IMG/VR virus record: IMGVR_UViG_3300010429_000818
Source of the DNA: a virus
Reading direction: 5' to 3' (one strand)
DNA length: 49,876 nt
Position numbers and translations under genes: made by a program. Below the pieces are notes generated by a model, which was given only the letters and a program-made list of their open reading frames with translations, was not told the DNA's origin and searched no databases. Shown here in pieces: positions 1 through 7,995 of this stretch; positions within the stretch are counted from its first letter, which is position 1, and every line of letters begins with the position of its first letter.

Positions 1-127
1 TCCAGCTCCTTGCGCAGGAACTTCTCGCCCTCGTCGGCGAAGCTCAAGACCTCCCTGTCTGGCTTAGAGGGCTCAGGGGCATCGGGAACGAACGACAGGA
101 TATCGGGGTCGATGGTAGACATTACTG
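1..127. repeat. Terminal overlap, copy 1 (identical to 49750..49876)
   Basis: Direct comparison: tccagctccttgcgcagg...gatggtagacattactg occurs at both ends. Confidence 0.95.
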
Positions 128-1156
128 TACCAAGGATGCATATTGACGGACCAGATCGGACGCTTGACGGGCTTGATCGCGCTCCTCTTCGGGAACCTTA
201 TCAAAGGAGCCGTACTTACTCTTGAGATTTCGCAGATACGCATGGGCGTATCCGACCTCATCGGGCATCCGCCGCTCCCTGACTGTCGCCCGCATTCCCT
301 CATTCTCTGGCCTGCGCCACCACGGGGCGTTCTCCTGCTGCTGCCCCTGACTGCCGCCGCCCATTGCGGCTTGCATGATCTCGTCCACTTCCTTCTGGCT
401 GCGCTTTCGGAAGGTCGCGTTCTCGCCGCTGCCGACCTGAACGTCTTCCGACGCCAGCTTCGCCCGCAGCTTCATGACCTCCATTTGCTGCTTCACCTGA
501 AGGTCGGCGACTCGCTTCTGCTGTTCGGCCTGTACCTTCAGTTGCGCTGCCTCGGGGCTCTGGTCGAATCGCTGCACCAACCGCACCTTGCCGTCAGGGT
601 CTCGCGTGACGACCGATCCGTTCTCATCCTTCCAGACTTGCCCAACGTCCTGCCCATCAGGGAACTTCGGTTGGTTCGGGTCTCGCGGCATCAGCGACGG
701 CTGGATGTTCGCCTGCTGAAGGTCGATCGCCCGGATCGCCGACGCCTTCTCTCGCGGGGAGAATCGCGGATTGTTCATGATGTCCTGCTTCGCCTGATTG
801 AAGCTGGCGATCTCCTGCCGCTGCTTCGCCGTGTACTTAGCCTGCCACTGGTCGGCCTCCATCTTCGCTTCGGCCTTCTTCTGCTCAAGCTCCATGCCGA
901 ACTGCATCTGCTTGGCCTGCTGTTGGAACCGAAGCTGCTCGTCTGGCGACATATCGTATCTGAGCGGCATCCCGCCAGGGTAAGCTGACGGAATGTCAGA
1001 GTGCGTAATACGCCCCTGGCCGTGCCCGCCCAAGTCGCCAATCAGATTGTGCATCTGCGGCATCTGCGGAATCGGCCGCTGACCCATGCCGGCGAGCGCC
1101 GCGATGAGCGCCATCGCTCCGCCGTTCTCTTCGCCGTGCTTTACGACAATAGGCAT
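122..1156 (-). CDS. Internal virion (core/ejection-type) protein candidate, Gln/Lys/Glu-rich coiled coil
   Basis: 344-aa ORF with an AAGGGAAG RBS upstream of ATG 1156. The composition suggests a long coiled coil (QQQAKQMQFGMELEQKKAEAKMEADQWQAKY). Its stop overlaps the start of the 1545-aa gene across the junction (TAATG). No family recognised. Confidence 0.6.
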   Translation of the reverse strand: MPIVVKHGEENGGAMALIAALAGMGQRPIPQMPQMHNLIGDLGGHGQGRITHSDIPSAYPGGMPLRYDMSPDEQLRFQQQAKQMQFGMELEQKKAEAKMEADQWQAKYTAKQRQEIASFNQAKQDIMNNPRFSPREKASAIRAIDLQQANIQPSLMPRDPNQPKFPDGQDVGQVWKDENGSVVTRDPDGKVRLVQRFDQSPEAAQLKVQAEQQKRVADLQVKQQMEVMKLRAKLASEDVQVGSGENATFRKRSQKEVDEIMQAAMGGGSQGQQQENAPWWRRPENEGMRATVRERRMPDEVGYAHAYLRNLKSKYGSFDKVPEEERDQARQASDLVRQYASLVQ

Positions 1157-1168
1157 TGCTTCCCTTTC

Positions 1169-1747
1169 TTACAGCTTGAGTCCGCCAAAGGAGTTGATCG
1201 TTCCGCTGCCCATCCCGCTCATCCCGCCGCCCTGGCCGAACATCGTCGCCAGAGCCATAAGGAGATTCGCGTTCGGGTACTCGTCCGTGCGGCGCTCGAT
1301 GATCCCGAGCTTCGTGCCTTGCAGCTCGTCGGCCACGCGGTTGAGCGCCGACTGCTGCTCGCGCTGAATCCCCATCTGCATCGTCGGCGCGATGGTGGTG
1401 TTCGACATGCCAAGCCGCGCGAGGTTCTGCATCGCGTCGGCCTGCTGCTGGCCATAGGCCGAGCGAACGTCCGCCATGCGCTGGCCGGTCGTCGTATCGG
1501 CGATGTTCAACAGTTGCTTGTAACGCGCCTCATTAGCGGCCTTTGCGTCTCCGTAGGCAGTGTTATACTGCCCGACCAGCGAAGTCATCGTGCCAGACAG
1601 AGCCTTCGCAGCTTCCATCTGCTCCTTGTACATCTTCTTCTGCCAGTCCCATTGGTCCTGGGCCATCTGCATCTGCTGCTTCTGCGCGCCGATCTGCGTG
1701 AGAGCGCCCTGCTGTTGCAGCTTGTACGGATTCAAGTATTCGCCCAT
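1169..1747 (-). CDS. Internal virion protein candidate, Gln/Met-rich
   Basis: 192-aa ORF tightly packed between neighbours. It is Q/M-rich with a Gly-rich C-terminus (GQGGGMSGMGSG). It sits in the run of core-type genes upstream of the 1545-aa gene. Confidence 0.55.
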   Translation of the reverse strand: MGEYLNPYKLQQQGALTQIGAQKQQMQMAQDQWDWQKKMYKEQMEAAKALSGTMTSLVGQYNTAYGDAKAANEARYKQLLNIADTTTGQRMADVRSAYGQQQADAMQNLARLGMSNTTIAPTMQMGIQREQQSALNRVADELQGTKLGIIERRTDEYPNANLLMALATMFGQGGGMSGMGSGTINSFGGLKL

Positions 1748-1750
1748 CGG

Positions 1751-2167
1751 TTATCCTTTCTTGTTGGTCTTGTATGGCACTAGCTTGTTGAGAATGTCTT
1801 GCCGCCGGGTGCAACCGCAATCGTACCCCAGCGCCTTCGTCACCTTATGCACAACACCCGCGATGCCGGTTACGTGCGTCACCTTCGCGATCGTGTCGCC
1901 CAGCCCACGCGACGGGTGCTTCACGGTCCAAGGCTTTGCGTGCCCGAACTTCACTAGATTCGGGTCGGTCGTTTCGTAGTAGCGGCCTCGCTCAGCTCCG
2001 TCAGGTCCAGACAACTCCATGAGCTTGCCGGCTTCCTTCGCCGCCAGGTCGCACGCGATGCACTCGCTCGCCGTGCAGTTGCCGCGCCGCAGGAAGCAGT
2101 GGAGCTGGGCCGTACCGTCCCTGCGACGTGAGTACCTTCGGTACTTACACTCCGGAAGATTATTCAC
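1751..2167 (-). CDS. Small Cys-containing virion-module protein (hypothetical)
   Basis: 138 aa with a GTG start overlapping the upstream stop (GTGAATAA). It has 7 Cys including CxxC-like pairs (ECIAC, CGC). No family assigned. Confidence 0.45.
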   Translation of the reverse strand: MNNLPECKYRRYSRRRDGTAQLHCFLRRGNCTASECIACDLAAKEAGKLMELSGPDGAERGRYYETTDPNLVKFGHAKPWTVKHPSRGLGDTIAKVTHVTGIAGVVHKVTKALGYDCGCTRRQDILNKLVPYKTNKKG

Positions 2168-3884
2168 AACATTCCTCTTCGGTTACGTCGGAGAACTGCT
2201 TGACTACCTGGACCTCGTAGACGTACCAGTTGTGGCACGGCCATCCCGTCTGCTTGCACCCGGGAATGCTACAGCTAGGCGAAGACGAGCAGGCGTAGTA
2301 CCCTATGCCGCCGCACATAGGAGCGTAGGTAACGTACGGCTTTCCACTCACCGTATAACCGCCCGCCATAACGGTCTGCCAGTCGCCTTCCCACACGCCG
2401 GCTGGGCATAGGTAGTTCGTCGTCTTCCGCTGCACGCGCCAGAACACCCGGCATCGCAGCGCTGACCGGCCGCCGCACGTAGGCCCAAGATCATCGCAGC
2501 CCGCGTTCGTGCATGGCTCGGTCCCGAGGTCTTTGCTGTAGAGATACTGACAGCTCTCGGGCGCGTAGGCGTTTACCTTCTCTATGCTGATTGCGGCCTG
2601 GGCGTCCATGATCCCGAGCTGTTCCTGAGCTTCCTGATACGCCTCGTCCCGCGCGTCTTCGGCGTCGGATATCTGCTGCTGCTTGTCAGATATCGCGCTG
2701 TCTAAATCTGACGTGTCTCCGCCGTTACTCTCGCGGCAAGACCGCTTACATTGCAGCTCGCCCAGTTCGCAAGTGTATTGTTCGATCGCGTCGATGCAGT
2801 CGCAGTACGTTTCCTGGGCAGCCGCCCACGCGCTGATCGCGGCAACGGCCGCGTTTCCTGCTGCGATCGCCGCGTCCCTGTCCACGTAGGAGCAGCCGCC
2901 GACCGTGCCCGATCGACAAGCCGTCAGCGTGAACGCCCCGATGTACGTCGTCTCAAGCCCGCCCGCAACCGCGTTGTCGCATGGAGGCAGGCACCCTGAA
3001 TACTCGGTTCCTTCGCAGTCCTCTTCGCAGGACTCCTCGTAGCATACGGCGATCCTGATTTCCGCCTCGGCATCCACGCTCGCGTAGCCCTCAAACGGGG
3101 TGCTTTCGGCTTTGAGTACGATCGTTCGGCCGGTGTCCGATCCAGTGGTAGGGAATTCGAGCGTCGGCTCCGCGCCCCAGAACTCGCCGACGTTTGCGTA
3201 CACCGTGGACGCACTGCCGCCGAACTCGCCGCCGGAGACTCGGATATCGACCGGCTCGCCTGTGTCCTTCCAGGTGGCCGTCCAGGTGATGAGAGTGGAC
3301 GGCTGAGCCGTCTGGTTGGGTCCGTCTTTTAGTGTCGCCGTGATCTCGCTAACCGGGGTTGCTGGAGCGACAAACTCCGGCGCGGTCAGCGACAGGCTAA
3401 GGCTCGGCGCGTAGCCTGGCGGGAACGGACCCGGCCACGGCCATTCGCCCCAGCCAGGAGGCTTGTACGGAGTTGACGGCGTAGCTTCCTTTGCCGTGTA
3501 CGACCCAGCGCCGCGCCCTTGGATCGCCTTTGCCCTGGACCTGGACACGCAATCCGAGACCTGGGCCGAATCGGAACACTGCACGTTCTTCGTGAACGCA
3601 CAGGTCGCGTAGTCGGCTGCGGTGATACTGTCTTCGACAGGGAGCGTTCCGAATACGAAATCCTGCACGCCGACAGCGATCGAATCCGACGCGGAGGCGT
3701 TGTGCGTAACGCCACCGGAGATCCGCTCGGCTTCCAGCCCATCGGACACGCTGACGGAATCCGACACGTCGCCTTGAAAGACGAAGGCAGTTCCGAGCAC
3801 GCAAACGTACTGCCGCGTGACTCGGATCTTCCCGTCGCCCGGGCCGAGCACCGAAACGTATTGTCTTGTCGCGCGAAGTGCCAT
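2160..3884 (-). CDS. Cys-rich distal tail / receptor-binding protein candidate
   Basis: 574 aa. The N-terminus carries a duplicated strand motif, TRQYVSVLG / TRQYVCVLG. I count about 29 Cys, about 25 of them in the C-terminal half (CYEESCEEDCEGTEYSGCLPPC, CDCIDAIEQYTCELGELQCKRSC, ends EEECCE). It follows the fibre/spike genes. Confidence 0.55.
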   Translation of the reverse strand: MALRATRQYVSVLGPGDGKIRVTRQYVCVLGTAFVFQGDVSDSVSVSDGLEAERISGGVTHNASASDSIAVGVQDFVFGTLPVEDSITAADYATCAFTKNVQCSDSAQVSDCVSRSRAKAIQGRGAGSYTAKEATPSTPYKPPGWGEWPWPGPFPPGYAPSLSLSLTAPEFVAPATPVSEITATLKDGPNQTAQPSTLITWTATWKDTGEPVDIRVSGGEFGGSASTVYANVGEFWGAEPTLEFPTTGSDTGRTIVLKAESTPFEGYASVDAEAEIRIAVCYEESCEEDCEGTEYSGCLPPCDNAVAGGLETTYIGAFTLTACRSGTVGGCSYVDRDAAIAAGNAAVAAISAWAAAQETYCDCIDAIEQYTCELGELQCKRSCRESNGGDTSDLDSAISDKQQQISDAEDARDEAYQEAQEQLGIMDAQAAISIEKVNAYAPESCQYLYSKDLGTEPCTNAGCDDLGPTCGGRSALRCRVFWRVQRKTTNYLCPAGVWEGDWQTVMAGGYTVSGKPYVTYAPMCGGIGYYACSSSPSCSIPGCKQTGWPCHNWYVYEVQVVKQFSDVTEEECCE

Positions 3885-3885
3885 G

Positions 3886-4920
3886 CTATACCGTCTGGAT
3901 TCCGAACTGTGCCGCGTTGATTCCGGATTCAGTCCACGCCGCGTTCGTGGCTGGGTTTTGCTCGATTACACGGACTTTCGATCCGTAAGAGGTTCCGCCG
4001 GCCGATTGGCTGTCGCCCTCGCTCGTGGTGCTCCCAGACTTGCACGGGGTCTTCAGGCTGAAGCTCGTAGCGTCCGTCACGCGAACGTCCGTTGTCACCA
4101 TGAGCCCCGAGATTCCGGTGAACCCAGCAGGCAGCGCTTCGTAGTTGTAGAGATCGACGTGCCCGGCCGTTGAGTCTTGAACGTAGCTGTCATCGTCGTC
4201 GCACACCGACTCGTCCACGGCGGCATAGTTCGCACCGGCCGAAGGCGTGAACTGCGCCGAATCGCCGGCCGCGTTCGGGAAGATCGTTGCCACGCGCTTA
4301 TTGCCGAGGAACGTGTTGTTCACAGACCCCGACCCATCAACCACATACCAGTCGTCAAGGGTCACGATCATGGACGAGTCGCCGGTCAACCGGATGCCAT
4401 CGTGGTAATCGTGAGCCCCGGCCCTCGTGTCGATGCCGGTCACTTTTAGCACTTCAACTCCGTTGACCCGCAGCTCGACGCTTCCGCCCGTGCCGTCAGC
4501 GCAAACGACCTCAAGCTCGATGTAATTGAATCCGGTCCCGAGCGCGAGACCGCTGGTAGTACCGAACGCCGCTGCTGTTCCCAACCGCACCGACAGCTCG
4601 CCGCTGGTCTGCATGACGAGATTTACGCCCTTAGTTGCGCCGTCCCAGAGCGTGATGATTTCGCGAACCGCTCCAGGAAACGCCGCGAAGGCGATCGCGA
4701 TTCCGGTAGTGAGCTTCGCGTTCGTCGTCGCAAGGGTGCGCTGTAGATACTGGTTCGTATTCGACAGCTTCAGCGCTTTGCCCAGTAAACGGTTCGGAAC
4801 GACTCGCATACCAGACTCCGTTGAGACGGTCTGGTACTTCCGGCCGACCACGCCAGTAGGAGACGGCGCAGCGTTGTCGGTCGTCCCGAACGCATCGAAT
4901 CCTTCGACCCACAAGAGCAT
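3886..4920 (-). CDS. Virion structural protein (tail-associated, beta-rich; hypothetical)
   Basis: 344-aa ORF, Gly/Thr/Ser/Val-rich with jelly-roll-like composition, tightly coupled to its neighbours in the tail module. Confidence 0.5.
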   Translation of the reverse strand: MLLWVEGFDAFGTTDNAAPSPTGVVGRKYQTVSTESGMRVVPNRLLGKALKLSNTNQYLQRTLATTNAKLTTGIAIAFAAFPGAVREIITLWDGATKGVNLVMQTSGELSVRLGTAAAFGTTSGLALGTGFNYIELEVVCADGTGGSVELRVNGVEVLKVTGIDTRAGAHDYHDGIRLTGDSSMIVTLDDWYVVDGSGSVNNTFLGNKRVATIFPNAAGDSAQFTPSAGANYAAVDESVCDDDDSYVQDSTAGHVDLYNYEALPAGFTGISGLMVTTDVRVTDATSFSLKTPCKSGSTTSEGDSQSAGGTSYGSKVRVIEQNPATNAAWTESGINAAQFGIQTV

Positions 4921-4929
4921 GGCAGTACC

Positions 4930-5442
4930 CTACGAGTTACAGGTGTAGGTCACTCGCAACTGATCGCCCGAGGTGACGGAGATGTTGCCGACCGAGAACT
5001 GGCCAACAGACCAGAGCGTCCCGCCGCCAGCCGCGTCTTCCTTCGTGGACGGCGCGGTTCCGCCGCCCACCAGCGCCATCCCGTATACGGTGCCGGAACC
5101 ATTGATGTTGAAGACGGTCGGCGACGAGCTGGTAATCGACTGACCAGAGGCCGCGCCCTCGGCCCATGCCTGGCGAGTCGCCTCTCCGTAAGCCGTGAAC
5201 TCGTCCCAGGAGTTGGTCCCGCCGATCTGTGCGTACGTGTCGCCAACGGCCGGGCTAGCGTCGGTCGCATCGACCAGCGCGATGTACCACGTTCCGATCT
5301 GGGTCGCTCCGTGGAACATCACGTCCAGCAGCTTGTTCTTTCCCTCGTTCGTGACGAGGTTCTTGAACTCAAACCTTCCGATCACCTTCCCGTCGCGGAG
5401 GTGTTCGACCTCATACTTCCCTCTCAGGTTCAGCTTGTCCAT
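4930..5442 (-). CDS. Small tail-module structural protein (hypothetical)
   Basis: 170 aa with a GGAG RBS 7 nt upstream of ATG 5442. It is beta-rich and Gly/Thr-rich. Confidence 0.5.
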   Translation of the reverse strand: MDKLNLRGKYEVEHLRDGKVIGRFEFKNLVTNEGKNKLLDVMFHGATQIGTWYIALVDATDASPAVGDTYAQIGGTNSWDEFTAYGEATRQAWAEGAASGQSITSSSPTVFNINGSGTVYGMALVGGGTAPSTKEDAAGGGTLWSVGQFSVGNISVTSGDQLRVTYTCNS

Positions 5443-5451
5443 CTCAGCTCC

Positions 5452-5769
5452 CTATGGTCTAATGGTGTTCTTGATTGACGCGATTAACTCGACCCACTTG
5501 TTCGTCCCGTTTACTTTGTCCCAGAAGATCATGTCGAGCTGATCTTCGATTGCGGGATACGCGATCCTTCGTCTGTCCTTGTATTCCGCAGCCTTCTCTT
5601 CGTTTGTCCTTGGGTCACTCCTTACTGGCTCGCCCTTCGGCATAGAGAACGGCTTCTCATACCGCACGATTGAGCATCCCGGATAGAGCCCGGCCACTTC
5701 CTTCTCTTGGTGAGGCTCGTGCGTTGCGACAACGATCCCGTCTTTAACTATCAATAAAACCATACTCAT
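5452..5769 (-). CDS. Putative tail-fibre chaperone / XkdW-like small protein
   Basis: The ATG at 5769 gives MSMVLLIVKDG. The longer track ORF start at 5814 would overlap the spike gene by 71 nt. The C-terminal AYPAIEDQLDMIFWD...W...I..IK resembles the XkdW-type motif from memory. Confidence 0.4.
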   Translation of the reverse strand: MSMVLLIVKDGIVVATHEPHQEKEVAGLYPGCSIVRYEKPFSMPKGEPVRSDPRTNEEKAAEYKDRRRIAYPAIEDQLDMIFWDKVNGTNKWVELIASIKNTIRP

Positions 5770-6958
5770 TACCCTGAGTATTGATTGTCGGGGAGTAATC
5801 GAGGGTATTGCCAAACACAGCCGCGCCAGTTCCGCCGTGCCAGACGTACGCCATCCCCGCCGCGTATGCGCCCCAGTTATTGCAGTACAGCTTTGATCGC
5901 CCTACATGGACATACCCGGACGACCACGCCGCCGCAGCCGAGTGCGTACATCCTGTCACGATCGACAGCTTCGCGAGCGAGAACCCGCCTAAAGCCGACG
6001 CGATCCCATCGTAGCAATACGAGACAGTCACGCCCTCGGCGAGAATCACTCCACCGTTTTCTGTGTAGATCCCGTAATAGAACCCGGTGAACCCCAGTCC
6101 CGACGTGATGTTGCAGTTGATCGCATTGGCAGTCTTGATCGCCTTCAGTCCGTATGCGGTCGTCGTAGCTACGCCAGGGCCGACGAACACGATCTTATCG
6201 AGACCGCCGAGACTCGCTCCTACGTCAATTTCAATCGCCGTGTCCGAACAAGTCACCACGGTCTTAACGACCACTACGGTTGCCGCCACTGCGCCGGACG
6301 GGGCTGAGGCGTATGCGTTCTTTACCGTTATAGTGAGCCGGTTATTCCCTGTATCGACCGCCGTGACCGCGTGGCAGCCTTCGATAATCTGCGGATTCGT
6401 TCCGCCAGACGACGCGGAAATTAAGACGTAATCGCCAACGCTCACACCCGAGACGGAGCTGGAAATGTTAATGACTATCGAGTAGTCACCCGAGCTGCCC
6501 GACGAGCTTTGCACGCTCGTCATCGACAGGCTGCTAGTCGTTGTCCCGAGAATCCTGATCTGCGCGCCGAACGGGTGCGAGAACACCAGCGGGGTTGACC
6601 ATGTATACTGACCGTCAACGAGCTGGATCGTGACCCACACGCCCTTCGCAATAGCGTACTCGGTGAGGTACGTGAGCACTTTGCTGACCGTGGCCCACGG
6701 GCTGGCCAGCGAGCCGGCTCCGGTCGTATCGTTCCCGGACGCGCTGATGTAGAACGTCGTATCGGTCGCGATCAACTTCTCCCGCTTCTCCCAGGCGAGC
6801 ACTCCGGCCGCATCGGTAGACAACACGTCACCGGCCGCACCGAACGCCAGCGGCCACTTACAGCCGTCCAGGAAGACGTTCTTCGCCGCCCCGTGCGTCA
6901 ACAAGAGGTTATCGTCGGAGGCGACTGTGTTGGTCACGTTGTCAACGGACAGCGTCAT
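5744..6958 (-). CDS. Tailspike / depolymerase-like protein (beta-helix candidate)
   Basis: 404 aa. YISASGNDTTGAGSLASPWATV resembles the cap motif of pectate-lyase-fold spikes, followed by Gly/Ser/Thr/Val-rich repeats. TAATG overlap with the fibre gene. Confidence 0.5.
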   Translation of the reverse strand: MTLSVDNVTNTVASDDNLLLTHGAAKNVFLDGCKWPLAFGAAGDVLSTDAAGVLAWEKREKLIATDTTFYISASGNDTTGAGSLASPWATVSKVLTYLTEYAIAKGVWVTIQLVDGQYTWSTPLVFSHPFGAQIRILGTTTSSLSMTSVQSSSGSSGDYSIVINISSSVSGVSVGDYVLISASSGGTNPQIIEGCHAVTAVDTGNNRLTITVKNAYASAPSGAVAATVVVVKTVVTCSDTAIEIDVGASLGGLDKIVFVGPGVATTTAYGLKAIKTANAINCNITSGLGFTGFYYGIYTENGGVILAEGVTVSYCYDGIASALGGFSLAKLSIVTGCTHSAAAAWSSGYVHVGRSKLYCNNWGAYAAGMAYVWHGGTGAAVFGNTLDYSPTINTQGNEYGFIDS

Positions 6959-7995
6959 TACGGAGCGCTCACTTCTGTCAGGTGTACCCGCGCGACCCAG
7001 CGAATGTTCGTAGCGGCCTTCCCGATCACCTTCACAACCAGCGCGTCCAGCGTGTCGTCAGCGACCACGGATGCATCCCATGCCGCGTCAGAACGCGCAA
7101 TAACGGTCTTCATGACACCGCCCACGATCGACGTGGTATTGCTCACACGCTTGACAAGCCCCTCGAATTTCATCGCCAGTGCGTTCGACAGGTCGTCCTG
7201 TACCCCAGTCAAGTAGACCGAGAACAGCCAGCAGTCCTTCGCGATCAGCGTCATGCGGTCGGTCGCACCGAACAACGTCAGTGCGGTTTCGGTCGCGTTC
7301 GTCGTTGCGCCCTTGACGACCAGCAGACTAGCCTGCGAATCGCCGGCCGCCGCGAAGCGACCCGGTGCGAAGGCGAGCTGCGAAGCGTGATCCGCGACGG
7401 AGTAGTACCCCAGCGCGACCGAATGCACTCCGCTCACATTGCAGTTCCGCCCCATCGAAACGCCAGCGTAGCCGGTGCTCTCGACCGTGCTCGTCTCGCC
7501 GGCCGCGACAGAGCCGACAGCCGCAGCCGTGCATGTATAGCCCAGCGCGACGGCGTAGTTGGCGGACGCTGTATTGCGAGCACCAGCGACTACGGCACCA
7601 GTCCCGCTTGCCACCTGGGCCACAGCGGAGCGGAGGAACTGAAGGTCGATCGCACTCGCGCCCCGGTCGTTCCCGGCCGTGCTCATCTGAAACGCCGTAG
7701 CGCTGAGCGGGGAAGCGATCGCCTTGGCGTTCGCCCCGGTCATAACCACCTGGAACGCGACCGGCTCTAGCGCCGTGACGCGCCCGCCGAGCGACGTGAT
7801 ATCGCCCTCGATCGTAGTAATGTCGCCTTCGATTGTAGCGATCGCGCCTTCGGCGTCGTCCAGCCGGTCATCAATCTCAACGTCCGCCGCCTGGAGAGCA
7901 GCAATCGCAACGTCCGCAGAGTCCTTATCGAACCGCAATCGCTGGAGCGAACGGCGCACCTCTTCAGGGATATAGGTATTCGGCGCACGTTCCAC
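6958..7995 (-). CDS. Tail fibre protein with N-terminal heptad coiled coil and YadA-head-like repeats
   Basis: 345 aa with a GTG start overlapping the upstream TAG. Heptads are DDAEGAI ATIEGDI TTIEGDI TSLGGRV. Repeats of the type NYAVALGY / VGSVAAGE / HSVALGYY follow. Confidence 0.6.
   Translation of the reverse strand: MERAPNTYIPEEVRRSLQRLRFDKDSADVAIAALQAADVEIDDRLDDAEGAIATIEGDITTIEGDITSLGGRVTALEPVAFQVVMTGANAKAIASPLSATAFQMSTAGNDRGASAIDLQFLRSAVAQVASGTGAVVAGARNTASANYAVALGYTCTAAAVGSVAAGETSTVESTGYAGVSMGRNCNVSGVHSVALGYYSVADHASQLAFAPGRFAAAGDSQASLLVVKGATTNATETALTLFGATDRMTLIAKDCWLFSVYLTGVQDDLSNALAMKFEGLVKRVSNTTSIVGGVMKTVIARSDAAWDASVVADDTLDALVVKVIGKAATNIRWVARVHLTEVSAP

Noticed and set aside
1-127. 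Interpreting the terminal repeat as the physical direct terminal repeat of a T7-like linear genome
   Set aside because: It lies inside coding sequence (the start of the 1545-aa gene) and its length equals a typical assembler k. Real DTRs are normally non-coding and flanked by packaging signals.
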